DNA of 64,000 nt. Origin: Candidatus Omnitrophota bacterium. GTDB lineage: Bacteria > Omnitrophota > Gorgyraeia > Gygaellales > Profunditerraquicolaceae. A model generated the notes under the pieces. That model saw only the letters and a program-made list of their open reading frames with translations, did no database searches and had not been told where the DNA came from. Location of the stretch: positions 11,258 through 75,257 of the forward strand of contig QZKA01000026.1 of NCBI GenBank assembly GCA_003598135.1, in the 5' to 3' direction. A program made the position numbers and the translations under genes. Below, in pieces: positions 47,625 to 58,493 of the stretch (positions are counted from its first letter, which is position 1; the number at the start of each line of letters is the position of its first letter).

Positions 47625-47686
47625 CGCCCCTCCCCCCCCCTGTTATTTACCGTCATTCTTGTCTGTTGCTTCTAAAAACGCTATCA

Positions 47687-48988
47687 CTATGTTTCTCTTA
47701 ATGACTCGGCAGTATTTTCGGACAAAGAGGGATGCGCAAAAAGCAAATCTCTGAAATGTTTCGCTTCAACGCGAGCCTGCACTGCAACCGTAAGGATACC
47801 GACGAGCTCGGTTGCACACGGACCTATTATCGATGCGCCAAGAATGCGGTCGGATTGCGTATCGGTCACTATCTTGATGAACCCTTCTGTTTCTCCCATA
47901 ATACGCGCCATCGCTGATCCGAGAAAATGAAAAACGCGCACCTCGGTATGGAGCGAGCGCTCTTTGGCTGTTTTTTCATTCAGGCCAACGCTCGCTACCT
48001 CAGGATGCGTAAAAATACAATTAGGGACATTTTCGTTCGCCGCTTTTTCTGAGGGTAAGCCTACCGTAATATTCAACGCCGCAATGCGCGCCTGATACGC
48101 AGCAAAATGCGCCAACATGTTTATGCCAGTACAATCTCCGGCCGCATAGACGTTATGCACGGTAGTCCTTAGATACTCATCTACAATAATCCTGCCTTTA
48201 TCGGTCTTGATCCCCGCAGAATCTAAACCAAGCCCGAAAATCCGCGGCTTCCTGCCTACACATACCAATACAGTTTCGTACGCACGCAGATCATACCCGC
48301 CGTGCCCGGCTTGAGTAATTACTTCTATCCCTCTCTTTTTAAAAGAAGTTTCCAGTTTACGCGCAACTTCGGAATCCTCTTGAGGCAACAGTTGAGGCAT
48401 TGCTTCTCTTATGGTAACTCGAGAGCCCAACAAAGAAAAAAGAGAAGCAAACTCGCACCCGATTACCCCTCCTCCGACGATCAACAAGGAAGCAGGGATA
48501 TTTTCATACGATAAGATATCATTGCTGGAAACGATTTTCTTCCCGTCAAACTTCAAACCCTCGCATTCTGCGGGCTCTGAACCACAGGCAATAAGCAATG
48601 TGCGGCCGTTAAGCTTCTTGTCTTTTAGTTTGACTGTATCGGGCGAGACAAGCTCTGCCCTTGATTTAAAACACTCTACCCCTTTTAGCCTCAGCTCTAT
48701 GCCTTTTCTTAGTTGTTCGATAATTCTGTCTTTTCTGCTGAGAACCGCCTTAAAATTAACCCGGGGGCATCCGTCGATCTCTACCCCGAATGCGCTCGCA
48801 TCTTTTATGCCTTTGAGGACTTTTGAAGACTGTATCAGGACCTTGGTAGGGATACATCCCAGATTGAGACAGGTGCCGCCAAGGCTTTCCTGCTCAATAA
48901 GTGCAACCTTCAAGCCTTTTCTCTGCGCAGCAATCGCCGCATTGAATCCGGCCCAACCAGCTCCTATCACGATAAGATCGTATGCCAT
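47687..48988 (-). CDS. lpd: dihydrolipoyl dehydrogenase-like flavoprotein disulfide reductase (E3)
   Basis: GGTCLNLGCIPTK redox-active disulfide; FAD/NAD Rossmann motifs. Confidence 0.75.
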   Translation of the reverse strand: MAYDLIVIGAGWAGFNAAIAAQRKGLKVALIEQESLGGTCLNLGCIPTKVLIQSSKVLKGIKDASAFGVEIDGCPRVNFKAVLSRKDRIIEQLRKGIELRLKGVECFKSRAELVSPDTVKLKDKKLNGRTLLIACGSEPAECEGLKFDGKKIVSSNDILSYENIPASLLIVGGGVIGCEFASLFSLLGSRVTIREAMPQLLPQEDSEVARKLETSFKKRGIEVITQAGHGGYDLRAYETVLVCVGRKPRIFGLGLDSAGIKTDKGRIIVDEYLRTTVHNVYAAGDCTGINMLAHFAAYQARIAALNITVGLPSEKAANENVPNCIFTHPEVASVGLNEKTAKERSLHTEVRVFHFLGSAMARIMGETEGFIKIVTDTQSDRILGASIIGPCATELVGILTVAVQARVEAKHFRDLLFAHPSLSENTAESLRET

Positions 48989-48998
48989 TATGATAAAA

Positions 48999-49916
48999 TT
49001 AAGGTATCCGGGTGATCAGCGCCCGTAAGGATTCGGCGGATTGAGTGAGTGCCGCGGTTTCGGAACCGTTCAATTTAAGCTCAATAATTTTTTCTATCCC
49101 ACTTCCCCCTAAAAGGCAAGGGACACCAATACACACGTTTTTCAGGCCGTATTCACCCTGAAGGAGCGCTGAAACACCTATCGTGCGCTTCTGGTCCTTT
49201 GCGATGGCTGAAACCAGCTCAGCCACGCAAAGAGAAGGGGCAAAATAAGCGCTCCCGGTCCCGAGAAAGCTGACGATTTCTTTACCACGTTCCTTTGTCC
49301 TCTGAAGGAGGCTTTGCACTTGTTTATCGTCGAGAAATTCATCCAGCGCTATCCCCTTGACATACGTAAACCTCGGCAGAGGAAGCATGCTCTCTCCGTG
49401 GGTGCCGATAACCGTAGTCTCGATATCTCTGGATGAAACCGCCACTGCCTGGCTGATCAAATTCCTGAACCGTGCTGCATCAAGGCTAGGACCCATGCCA
49501 AACACCTTAGACGGGAAAAAGGCGGTATAGCGCAATACCAGATACGTCATCACATCCAAAGGGTTGGTGACGACTATCACGATTGAACGGGGAGCATGTT
49601 TCTTAATCGCTAAGGAAAGGTCCTTTACGATATGGGCGTTTTTATCGAGCAACTCTTCTCTGGTCATGCCGGGCTTACGGGCAAATCCAGCAGTAATCAC
49701 GACAATGTCTGAATCGCGCAACGCAGAAATATCATCGCTTGCAGTCATATGATAGGGAACCCCTAAATGCGCGCAGGCATCTTCCAGGTCAAGTGCTTTT
49801 CCCTTTGCCAATGCACCTGCAACATCCAGAAGCACTACCTCGCCCAAGCCCTCCCTTACGATATGAAAAGCGGCAAGCGAACCAACATTTCCGGCGCCGA
49901 CAATACTGATTTTCAT
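48999..49916 (-). CDS. mdh: malate dehydrogenase (LDH-like family)
   Basis: GAGNVG; ITAGFARKPGMTREELL. Confidence 0.75.
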   Translation of the reverse strand: MKISIVGAGNVGSLAAFHIVREGLGEVVLLDVAGALAKGKALDLEDACAHLGVPYHMTASDDISALRDSDIVVITAGFARKPGMTREELLDKNAHIVKDLSLAIKKHAPRSIVIVVTNPLDVMTYLVLRYTAFFPSKVFGMGPSLDAARFRNLISQAVAVSSRDIETTVIGTHGESMLPLPRFTYVKGIALDEFLDDKQVQSLLQRTKERGKEIVSFLGTGSAYFAPSLCVAELVSAIAKDQKRTIGVSALLQGEYGLKNVCIGVPCLLGGSGIEKIIELKLNGSETAALTQSAESLRALITRIP

Positions 49917-49923
49917 TGCATCC

Positions 49924-51015
49924 CTATTTTGAACAAATTAATTCATGAATTACGGCATCCGCCATCTGCTGCGTACCCACAGAAGTCGGATCATCGGGGC
50001 TTGGTTTTAAATCGTAGGTAACCGACTCCCCTTTCGCAATTACGCTTTTCACTGCCGACTCTAAGCCGTCTGCGGCAGCCTCTTCTTTAAGGTACCTTAA
50101 CATAAGGACTCCGGAAAGAATCATTGCGGTCGGATTAACTTTATTTTTACCGGCGTATTTCGGCGCTGACCCATGCACCGCTTCGAAAACCGCGATACCG
50201 TTGCCGATATTTGCCCCAGGGGCAATACCTAAGCCTCCCACCAATCCTGCACAGAGGTCAGATAGTATATCCCCGTAAAGGTTGGGCAACACAAGCACAT
50301 CGAAATTCTTGGGCTTCTGCACGAGCTGCATCGCCATATTGTCAACGATTGCCTCTTCAAACAACACCTTATTCGAATATTCTTTTGCGACTTCGCGGCC
50401 GGCCTTTAAAAATAGCCCGTCGGTGAATTTCATGATATTGGCCTTGTGCACGATGGTCACTTTCTTCCTCTTGTTATGTAAGGCATACTCAAACGCAAAC
50501 CGCACGATGCGTTCCGAAGCAAATTTAGAGATGGGCTTAATCGAAATACCCGAATCCTGCCTGATCTTCTTATCCTGAAGTTTTGAGATCTCAGAAATAA
50601 GCTGCAGGGTCTTAGGTAGCCCTTCCTGGAATTCTATGCCCGCGTATAAATCTTCGCTGTTCTCCCTGATCACCACCAGGTCAATATCCCGATAATATGA
50701 CTTGACCCCTTGATAAAATTTTGCTGGCCGCACGCACGCATACAAATCAAGGGCATGCCGAATCGCAACATTCACAGACCGGAATCCTTCGCCGATCGGG
50801 GTAATAATAGGGCCTTTTAATGCGACCTTGTTTTTCCTTATTGAATCGAGTGTGCGCTTAGGCAAAAGTTCCCCGTATTTCTCGTGGGCGCACTGACCGG
50901 CCTCTGCCTCTTCCCAGTCGATTTTGACTCCGGTTGCCTCAATGCACCTTTTTGCCGCAAGACTTACCTCAGGCCCAATACCATCTCCAGGAATAAGAGT
51001 AATTGAATGCAGCAT
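49924..51015 (-). CDS. isocitrate/isopropylmalate (or homoisocitrate) dehydrogenase family enzyme
   Basis: [10 protein letters not shown]...GGLG motifs. Confidence 0.7.
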   Translation of the reverse strand: MLHSITLIPGDGIGPEVSLAAKRCIEATGVKIDWEEAEAGQCAHEKYGELLPKRTLDSIRKNKVALKGPIITPIGEGFRSVNVAIRHALDLYACVRPAKFYQGVKSYYRDIDLVVIRENSEDLYAGIEFQEGLPKTLQLISEISKLQDKKIRQDSGISIKPISKFASERIVRFAFEYALHNKRKKVTIVHKANIMKFTDGLFLKAGREVAKEYSNKVLFEEAIVDNMAMQLVQKPKNFDVLVLPNLYGDILSDLCAGLVGGLGIAPGANIGNGIAVFEAVHGSAPKYAGKNKVNPTAMILSGVLMLRYLKEEAAADGLESAVKSVIAKGESVTYDLKPSPDDPTSVGTQQMADAVIHELICSK

Positions 51016-51017
51016 AA

Positions 51018-51518
51018 TTAAAGCGTTAGCCCTCCGCGCTTTTTGACATAATTCACCACGCCTCCCTCTGAGAGTATCTTTTGCATAAACTGAGGCAGGG
51101 GCTTAATCGGCAAAGAAGCTCCTGTGGTGCTATTAACTATCGCGCCCTTGTCTAGGTCGATATCCAGCGCATCATTATCAGCTATCTTATCGGTGTCGGT
51201 TTCGACCAGCAATAAACCGATATTGAAGCTGTTACGGTAAAATATGCGCGCAAAATTCTTAGCCAGCACCGCGACGATGCCCGATGCCTTGATAACCAAA
51301 GGTGCCTGCTCCCTGGAAGACCCCATGCCAAAATTCTTCCCTGCCACCAGTACCGTTTCTGACGGAACAATCTTTTTTGAAAAGCCAGGGTCAATATCTT
51401 CCATAATATGTTTTGCCAATTCATTGATGTCGGTAATAGAAAACTTATACCGGCCGGATATAATAAAATCCGTATTTATATTATCTCCTAACTTCAAGGC
51501 CTTGCCTTCTATTTTCAT
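51018..51518 (-). CDS. LeuD-like small subunit of an aconitase-family dehydratase
   Basis: LeuD-type N-terminus [13 protein letters not shown]. Confidence 0.65.
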   Translation of the reverse strand: MKIEGKALKLGDNINTDFIISGRYKFSITDINELAKHIMEDIDPGFSKKIVPSETVLVAGKNFGMGSSREQAPLVIKASGIVAVLAKNFARIFYRNSFNIGLLLVETDTDKIADNDALDIDLDKGAIVNSTTGASLPIKPLPQFMQKILSEGGVVNYVKKRGGLTL

Positions 51519-52561
51519 AAATTTTTAAATTCTTCCGGATTCTTTGCCTTTGACATCGCCACATCAAGGCTTATAAGCCCCTTCTGGAATAATTCTTTTA
51601 GTGATTTATCCATGGTCTTCATGCCGAACTGGCTGCCGGTCTGCATAAGCGTTGGTATCTGTTCAATCTCCTGCTCGCGGATGAGATTCCTGATCGCGGG
51701 GGTTCCGACCATTATTTCGCATGCCATTACGCGCCCCTTACCTGCAGACTTCGGAAGCAATAGCTGTGACATAACGCCTTGAAGGCAATCGGCAAGCTGT
51801 AATTTTACCTGCTGCTGCTGATGCGGTGGGAATACGTCAATAATCCTCTCGATAGTCTGAGGGGCGTCGGGCGTATGAAGGGTTGCCAGCACCAAATGGC
51901 CTGTCTCTGCGGCAGTAAGGGTAGTAGAAATAGTTTCCAGATCACGCATCTCTCCGACCACGATAACATTGGGATCCTGCCTGAGCGCATGCTTTAACGC
52001 GTCCGCAAACGAATGGGTGTCGGAATATACCTCTCTTTGCTTGATAATGCTTTTTTTATTCGAATGCACGAATTCTATAGGGTCCTCGATACACATGATC
52101 ATACTCTCTCTCTCCCTATTAATAAGATCAAGCATCGCAGCGAGAGTAGTAGTTTTGCCCACGCCGGTCGGTCCGGTCACCAACACCAAGCCGTTTGGCT
52201 TACGGGCAAGGTCCAGGGCGATCGAAGGCAGCCCTAATTCATCAATGCCGGGTATCTTAAGCGGGACACGTCTAAACGCGCCCTCCACCGAACCCCTCTG
52301 CATATGGATGTTTACCCTGAAACGGTCCATTCCGGGGAAGGTAACGGAAAAATCGAGCTCTAGAGCCCTTTCGAATATTTCCTTCTGCGTATCGGTCAAT
52401 AAACCATAAATCATCCTCTTTAACACGTCCCTTGACAATACCAAGTAATCGAGCCGTATAAGCTTACCATCGATACGCAACACAGGAGGCTCCTTCTCGG
52501 TAAGGTGCAAATCAGACGCCTTGTTTTCAATACACAGAAGCAATAATTCTCTTATCTCCAT
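51515..52561 (-). CDS. pilT: type IV pilus retraction ATPase PilT
   Basis: GPTGVGKTTTLAAMLDLINRE Walker A; PilT/PilU family features. Confidence 0.8.
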   Translation of the reverse strand: MEIRELLLLCIENKASDLHLTEKEPPVLRIDGKLIRLDYLVLSRDVLKRMIYGLLTDTQKEIFERALELDFSVTFPGMDRFRVNIHMQRGSVEGAFRRVPLKIPGIDELGLPSIALDLARKPNGLVLVTGPTGVGKTTTLAAMLDLINRERESMIMCIEDPIEFVHSNKKSIIKQREVYSDTHSFADALKHALRQDPNVIVVGEMRDLETISTTLTAAETGHLVLATLHTPDAPQTIERIIDVFPPHQQQQVKLQLADCLQGVMSQLLLPKSAGKGRVMACEIMVGTPAIRNLIREQEIEQIPTLMQTGSQFGMKTMDKSLKELFQKGLISLDVAMSKAKNPEEFKNL

Positions 52562-52572
52562 GCAGACCTCCC

Positions 52573-53847
52573 TTATAGATACTTTCTCGGGTCAGTGATT
52601 CTGCCTTCTATGGCTGAGGCGGCAACCGTTGCTGGTGAGGCAAGATAGATAAAAGCAGCAGGGTTGCCCATTCTTCCTTTAAAATTCCTGTTTGCTGTAG
52701 AAATCACTACTTCGTTGTCGGCGGGTATCCCGTTATGCGTACCGACGCAAGGACCGCACCCGCAAGCTACTACCACTGCCCCGGCTTTAATAAACGTTTC
52801 CAACAGCCCTTCTTTGATTGAATCCAATAAAATTGTGCGCGAAGCAGGCGCAACTATCAATTTAACACCCTGCCCAACTTTTCTTCCCTTAAGAATAGCG
52901 GCGGCGATCCTTAAGTCTGATAATCTTCCGTTTGTACAGGTACCGATAAACGCCTCATTTATTTTTATCTTCTTCAAAGACCCTGCGGCGACAACCGTAT
53001 CGACACTGTGCGGAACCGAGACCTGCGGTGTAAGGCGCGAGATATCAAATTCTTTTATCTGCGCATACACGGCTCCTGCATCTGCAGTCACCGGTTTCAA
53101 TTTTGAGGCCGCCACTTTCGTATACCTACGGTACCACTGGAATGTCTTTTTATCCAGGGGCATGAAGCCCGCCTTAGCCCCCATCTCAACAACCATATTA
53201 CATATAGTAAATCTTCCGTCCATATCGAGACGGTCAATCACGGGCCCGTAAAATTCAATTGCTTTGTAGGTCGCGCCATCCGAGCCTACCGTACCGATAA
53301 TATGCAGAATGATATCCTTGGCAAATATCCCATTCGGTATTTTGCCTTTTACGATGATCTTTATTGTTTCGGGGACCTTAAACCACGTCTTTGCGGTCGC
53401 CAACGCAACCGCCAGATCGGTAGAACCGACTCCGGTTGAAAAGGCCCCGAGCGCGCCATACGTACAGGTATGTGAATCTGCGCCAAGCACGAGGCTCCCC
53501 GGAAGGATATGTCCTGATTCGGGTATCACCTGATGGCATACGCCACAGCCTATATCAAATAACCCCGCCGTATATTCAGAAGCAAACTCGCGCATCTTTT
53601 TGTGTACGCCCGAAACGCCTTCATTCGGCGACGGTGCGCTATGATCAATAACCATGCAAAAATTTGCCTTTAACTTTGTACGGCCCAGCTCGCGTATGCG
53701 GTCGATAATTATGGAAGAGGTGCCGTCCTGACCAAACGTAAAATCAACATTGCCTATTGCCAGGTCGCCAGCCCTCAGTATCTTCCCCGCGTGGGCGCTT
53801 AATACCTTCTCTGCTGTCGTAAGGCCCTTTAAAGGCACTTTACCCAT
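52573..53847 (-). CDS. LeuC-like large subunit of an aconitase-family dehydratase (archaeal-type, about 420 aa)
   Basis: Aconitase-family Cys ligand region; pairs with the LeuD-like gene. Confidence 0.7.
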   Translation of the reverse strand: MGKVPLKGLTTAEKVLSAHAGKILRAGDLAIGNVDFTFGQDGTSSIIIDRIRELGRTKLKANFCMVIDHSAPSPNEGVSGVHKKMREFASEYTAGLFDIGCGVCHQVIPESGHILPGSLVLGADSHTCTYGALGAFSTGVGSTDLAVALATAKTWFKVPETIKIIVKGKIPNGIFAKDIILHIIGTVGSDGATYKAIEFYGPVIDRLDMDGRFTICNMVVEMGAKAGFMPLDKKTFQWYRRYTKVAASKLKPVTADAGAVYAQIKEFDISRLTPQVSVPHSVDTVVAAGSLKKIKINEAFIGTCTNGRLSDLRIAAAILKGRKVGQGVKLIVAPASRTILLDSIKEGLLETFIKAGAVVVACGCGPCVGTHNGIPADNEVVISTANRNFKGRMGNPAAFIYLASPATVAASAIEGRITDPRKYL

Positions 53848-55001
53848 TCTTCAATCCTGTTCATTCCTGACTCTATCTGCTTCAGGCCTGTTGCAAAGCT
53901 AATCCGGACATAATCATCCCTGCCAAACGCATCGCCCGGAATTAATGCAACAAGGGCTTCGTCAAGTAACCGGCTCGCAAACACAGCAGAAGAAAGCTTG
54001 GTCCGAGAAATATCGCAGAATACATAGAATGCGCCCTGAGGCATTACGAATCTTATTTTTTTAATTGCCTGCAGCCGGTTCGCGATATAATCCCGCCTTT
54101 TCTGGAATTCTTCGGCCATGAACTTGGTAAACTCATCAGACATCCCTAGTGCGGCCACTGCTGCTTTCTGGCTTATGGAACAGGGATTGGAAGTCGAGTG
54201 ATCCTGAAGTTTTGAAATTGCCTCAATTATATCAACGGGCGCCCCCAGATATCCAATACGCCAGCCCGTCATTGAGAAGCTCTTAGAAAGACCGTTTACT
54301 GTTACTGTCAGATTATAAATTTCTTTCCCCAGTGACCCGATAGAAACGTGCGTGAGGCCTTCGTAGATCAAATTCTCGTAAATCTCGTCGCTGAGCACGA
54401 ATATCTTTTTTGACACGCACAAAGCGGCTAATTCCTGCAGTTCCTCTTTTAGGTAAACGCTGCCCGTGGGATTGGAAGGACTATTAAGCACCAGGAGTTT
54501 TGTTTTCTGGCTAATATGCGCTTGCAGTTCTTGAGGAGAAAGCTTGAAATTATTCTCGGCAGTAGTCTTAATAAAACGGGGGATGCCCTCACATACGCGC
54601 ACCATCTCTGGATAACTCACCCAGAACGGCGAAGGGATAAGGACTTCGTCTCCCGCGTTAATCAATGCAAGCATCGCGTTGAAAATAGAATGCTTGGCTC
54701 CTGAAGAAACAACTATTTGGTTTGGTTCGTAATCGAGCGAATTTGTCTTAAATTTTGCGCAAATGAGCTGTTTTAGCTCGGGGATTCCCGTGGTAGGGGT
54801 ATATTTGGTAAAACCCGACTTGATTGCTTCTATAGCCTTCTCTTTTATTGCATCAGGAGTATCAAAATCAGGCTCGCCCGCAGCAAAATTAATAACGTCC
54901 TTACCTTCGGATTTGAGCTTCTTGGCTTTAGAGGTAATGGCGAGAGTTGAGGAAGGATGGATCTTCTTTACTCTTTCTGATACTCTTGTTTCTATACGCA
55001 T
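53829..55001 (-). CDS. class I PLP-dependent aminotransferase (AspC-like); start likely the internal Met
   Basis: SKSFSMTGWRIGY contains the PLP lysine region. Confidence 0.7.
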   Translation of the reverse strand: MRIETRVSERVKKIHPSSTLAITSKAKKLKSEGKDVINFAAGEPDFDTPDAIKEKAIEAIKSGFTKYTPTTGIPELKQLICAKFKTNSLDYEPNQIVVSSGAKHSIFNAMLALINAGDEVLIPSPFWVSYPEMVRVCEGIPRFIKTTAENNFKLSPQELQAHISQKTKLLVLNSPSNPTGSVYLKEELQELAALCVSKKIFVLSDEIYENLIYEGLTHVSIGSLGKEIYNLTVTVNGLSKSFSMTGWRIGYLGAPVDIIEAISKLQDHSTSNPCSISQKAAVAALGMSDEFTKFMAEEFQKRRDYIANRLQAIKKIRFVMPQGAFYVFCDISRTKLSSAVFASRLLDEALVALIPGDAFGRDDYVRISFATGLKQIESGMNRIEEWVKCL

Positions 55002-55014
55002 AACGCATAAAGAG

Positions 55015-55590
55015 TTATAAAGAGTCTCTCTCTTTTTTGAAAATATTCTTGATGCCGCCAAGGAACTTTTTCGGTATTTTCTTAACAGGCGGCCTCTCCT
55101 TTACTTCAGCCGAGGTGTGGGGCTTTTTCTCTTCATGAAGGGCCTGTGTCTTGGATTCCACTTTCTGGGTCGAATCTGCGGCCGGCTGCTCTAGCTTACT
55201 TTCCTTCTGTTTCTTGGCCTTTTTTGGTTTCTGTGTATGTTCAGTGAGTTCAAAAATAGCCAGAGAAGCATTATCGCCCCTGCGTAGGCCAAGCCTTACA
55301 ATCCTAGTATACCCGCCAGCCCTATTTTTGAACAGTGGGCCGATTTCTCTGAATAGGCGCCCTACCAGTGCATGATCGACGAGGATTGCAAACGCACGCC
55401 TTCGCGCCGCTAACGTATCTGCCTTGGCTAGCGTAATAAGCCTTTCCGCCAGAGGTCTGGCTGCATGCGCCCTTGTAACGGTAGTCCGTATACGCTGATG
55501 ACGCAGCAGGTTTTTTGCAAGGGCTATAATCGTCGCTTTGCGCCAGCTTGTGAAACGACTTAACTGGAATCTTTTTTTGCGATGTCTCAT
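55015..55590 (-). CDS. rplQ: ribosomal protein L17 with a Lys-rich C-terminal extension
   Basis: N-terminal MRHRKKRFQLSRFTSWRKA. Confidence 0.8.
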   Translation of the reverse strand: MRHRKKRFQLSRFTSWRKATIIALAKNLLRHQRIRTTVTRAHAARPLAERLITLAKADTLAARRRAFAILVDHALVGRLFREIGPLFKNRAGGYTRIVRLGLRRGDNASLAIFELTEHTQKPKKAKKQKESKLEQPAADSTQKVESKTQALHEEKKPHTSAEVKERPPVKKIPKKFLGGIKNIFKKERDSL

Positions 55591-55605
55591 GTAATATCCT
55601 TATGC

Positions 55606-56595
55606 TTATACCTTTTTGAGTTTTTTCTGATCGACTTTAATCCCCAGACTAAGCCCCATGCCGGCAACCAGTTCCTTAATTTCGACTAATGATTTTTTTC
55701 CGAAATTCTTGAATCCAAGAAGTTCGTCCTCAGGCTTCTTTACAAGGTCGGCGATGGTCTTGATATTTGCTTCGCGTAAACAATTGGAACTGCGGACGGA
55801 GAGTTCAAGTTCAGAAATCGGAAGTCTTAACTTCTCATACAACGCACGCTCCTCTTTAGTCATCTCGGGCTCTTCCTCTTCTTCTTCGGGCAATTGGCCA
55901 AAATTCACGAAGATATCAAGGTGCCGCTGGAAAATGTTAGAGGCATATAGCAATGCATCTTTCGGACTGATTGAACCGTTAGTAACAACCTCAAGAATCA
56001 ACTTGTCATAATCGGTCTTTTGCCCCACGCGGGTGTTTTCCACATTATGGGTTACCCTTTTTACAGGGCTAAAGAGCGAATCAATAGGTATTACCCCTAT
56101 GGGCTGATCCTCTTTTTTATTCAATTCCTGAGGCACATAACCCCTTCCTCGGGAAACCTCCATCTCCATGTAAAACTTGACGTCTTTGGTAAGAGTGGCA
56201 ATATGCAACTCCGGGTTGATCACCTCTACCGTCTCGTCGGTTTCGATATCTGCTGCCTTGATATCGCCTTTCTTTTCTTTTTTGATGATGAGCGTCTTAG
56301 GGATTCGCGAATGCGACCTTAAGATAAGGCTCTTGATGTTCAGAATTATCTCAGGGACATCCTCCACAACGCCGGGAACAGTAGAAAACTCGTGTTGGAC
56401 GCCATTTATTTTTATTGACGTTACCGCGCTGCCTTCAATGGATGAAAGTAACACCCTTCTCAAGGAATTCCCTATCGTAACACCATAGCCCCTTTCGAAA
56501 GGAGAAGCAAAGAATTTACCATATGTAGCAGTGTAAGACGCTTCATCGCATTCCAGCCTTTTCGGTAACTGAAAATCTCTCCATTTTATTCCCAT
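55606..56595 (-). CDS. rpoA: RNA polymerase alpha subunit
   Basis: Conserved NTD and CTD. Confidence 0.9.
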   Translation of the reverse strand: MGIKWRDFQLPKRLECDEASYTATYGKFFASPFERGYGVTIGNSLRRVLLSSIEGSAVTSIKINGVQHEFSTVPGVVEDVPEIILNIKSLILRSHSRIPKTLIIKKEKKGDIKAADIETDETVEVINPELHIATLTKDVKFYMEMEVSRGRGYVPQELNKKEDQPIGVIPIDSLFSPVKRVTHNVENTRVGQKTDYDKLILEVVTNGSISPKDALLYASNIFQRHLDIFVNFGQLPEEEEEEPEMTKEERALYEKLRLPISELELSVRSSNCLREANIKTIADLVKKPEDELLGFKNFGKKSLVEIKELVAGMGLSLGIKVDQKKLKKV

Positions 56596-56655
56596 TTTGC
56601 CTCCCTAACTAATTTTAGAAGATTGTAAATCCGCCTGCTGCGGCAATAAATACGC

Positions 56656-57288
56656 TTACTTGGAATACAATTCTACGATTAACTGCTCCTGAATCGGCTG
56701 CTGGATGTCCTCTTTTTCTGGCAACCTCACCACTTTCGCCTTAAGCGCACCTGCGTCAAATTCAAGCCACGCAGGGACGTCTCTGTCTTTCGCTAAATCA
56801 AGATTATCTCTGATTTTCTGCTGGGCCTTCTCTTTTGCTTTTAACTCGATGACGTCGTCTTTATTTACCTGAAACGACGGGATATTGACACCCTTAGTAT
56901 TTACATAGACAAAATTGTGTCTGACAATCTGGCGTGCCTGCGCTCTTGAAATACCGACACCCAGCCGGAATATTACATTATCGAGTCTACGCTCAAGTAT
57001 CTGCAACAGCACCTTTCCAGTGACACCCTTGGTCTTGGAAGCAATCTTAAAATACCTGCGGAACTGCCTTTCTAAAACCCCGTACATTCTTTTCACTTTT
57101 TGCTTTTCCCTCAACTGGAGGCCATAGTTAGAAAGCTTCATCCTCGACTTAGCCTGGCCATGCTGACCGGGCGCATAGTTTCGCTTGGTAATGGGGCACT
57201 TTTCGGTATTGCATTTCGTCCCTTTTAGAAACAATTTCTCCTGTTCCCGTCGGCACAATCTGCATACAGCGTCTGTGTACCTGGCCAT
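56656..57288 (-). CDS. rpsD: ribosomal protein S4
   Basis: MARYTDAVCRLCRRE. Confidence 0.9.
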   Translation of the reverse strand: MARYTDAVCRLCRREQEKLFLKGTKCNTEKCPITKRNYAPGQHGQAKSRMKLSNYGLQLREKQKVKRMYGVLERQFRRYFKIASKTKGVTGKVLLQILERRLDNVIFRLGVGISRAQARQIVRHNFVYVNTKGVNIPSFQVNKDDVIELKAKEKAQQKIRDNLDLAKDRDVPAWLEFDAGALKAKVVRLPEKEDIQQPIQEQLIVELYSK

Positions 57289-57291
57289 TTA

Positions 57292-57675
57292 CTATACTCT
57301 CCTTTTCTTTCTCGAACGGCAACCGTTATGCGGTATGGGCGTTATGTCTTTTATGGATAGTATGGTCAATCCGGAAGCCTGCAGTGCCCTGATGGCGGAT
57401 TCACGGCCCGGCCCCGGCCCTTTCACATACACCTCAACTTCTTTTAAGCCTACATCCATCGCCTTCTTTGCTGCATCAGTAGCCGCTATCTGCGCGGCAA
57501 AAGGCGTTGATTTCTTGGAGCCACTGTACCCGACCACCCCGGGCGCCGACCATGCCAGGGTATTACCCTGTTTATCGGTGATAGTAACAATGGTATTATT
57601 AAAGCTGGCATTGATGTGCGCGATCCCTGAGGTAATCCCTTTATTGACCTTCTTTTTTTTAGTTTTCTCTGCCAT
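57292..57675 (-). CDS. rpsK: ribosomal protein S11
   Basis: Conserved S11 core. Confidence 0.9.
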   Translation of the reverse strand: MAEKTKKKKVNKGITSGIAHINASFNNTIVTITDKQGNTLAWSAPGVVGYSGSKKSTPFAAQIAATDAAKKAMDVGLKEVEVYVKGPGPGRESAIRALQASGLTILSIKDITPIPHNGCRSRKKRRV

Positions 57676-57698
57676 ATATCATACCCCTTTTGCTGTTT

Positions 57699-58112
57699 TT
57701 ATTTAGCTGCCTTCGCTGCGGGCTTTGCTGCAGGGGCTTCTTTCTTGATTACTGCCATGCCGCGTCGACGAGGCCCTTTTCTGGTGCGGGCATTGGTGCG
57801 AGTCCTCTGACCCCTTACCGGGAGGCCTTTTTTATGACGCATCCCCCTCCACGAACCTATATCCACCAATCGTTTGATATTCTGGGAAATCTCCCTGCGT
57901 AAATCTCCTTCAACCTTAAATGTTGCCTTCTGGATTATGTTGGTAATACGGGAAACCTCATCTTCTGTCAAATCCTTTGCCCGTTTATCGGGAGAGATCT
58001 GAGCCTCTTTAAGGATTATATTCGAAAGGTGCCTTCCCACGCCGAAGAGGTACGTCAGGGCTATCTCTATCCTTTTTTCCTTTGGTATGTCTACGCCTAA
58101 AATTCTTGGCAC
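57699..58112 (-). CDS. rpsM: ribosomal protein S13
   Basis: [10 protein letters not shown]. Confidence 0.9.
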   Translation of the reverse strand: MPRILGVDIPKEKRIEIALTYLFGVGRHLSNIILKEAQISPDKRAKDLTEDEVSRITNIIQKATFKVEGDLRREISQNIKRLVDIGSWRGMRHKKGLPVRGQRTRTNARTRKGPRRRGMAVIKKEAPAAKPAAKAAK

Positions 58113-58140
58113 GGTTAACCTCCTTCTGTGCCGAAAAGCC

Positions 58141-58254
58141 TTAACCTTGTCTCTGTTTATGTTTAGGGTTTGAGCAAATTACCCGCACAACTCCCTTTCT
58201 TTTGATAATTTTGCATTTATCGCAGATCTTGCGTATGGATGCTTTTACCTTCAT
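58141..58254 (-). CDS. rpmJ: ribosomal protein L36
   Basis: [37 protein letters not shown], 37 aa, not in the ORF track. Confidence 0.8.
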   Translation of the reverse strand: MKVKASIRKICDKCKIIKRKGVVRVICSNPKHKQRQG

Positions 58255-58255
58255 C

Positions 58256-58474
58256 TCACTTCACCCTGTAAGTTATCCTTCCTCTTGTTAAATCGTACGG
58301 AGAAAGTTCAAGTTTTACCTTGTCTCCCGGAAGTATCCTGATAAAATTCATGCGCATCTTACCTGATACATGGGCAAGCACAAAATGGCCGTTCTCAAGC
58401 TCTACTTTAAACACGGCATTCGGAAGCGCCTCCGCCACTTTTCCTTCGGTTTCAATAAGTTCTTCCTTGCCCAT
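58256..58474 (-). CDS. infA: translation initiation factor IF-1
   Basis: S1-like IF-1 sequence. Confidence 0.9.
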   Translation of the reverse strand: MGKEELIETEGKVAEALPNAVFKVELENGHFVLAHVSGKMRMNFIRILPGDKVKLELSPYDLTRGRITYRVK

Positions 58475-58493
58475 ATTCTTTTTAAAAACTGTT

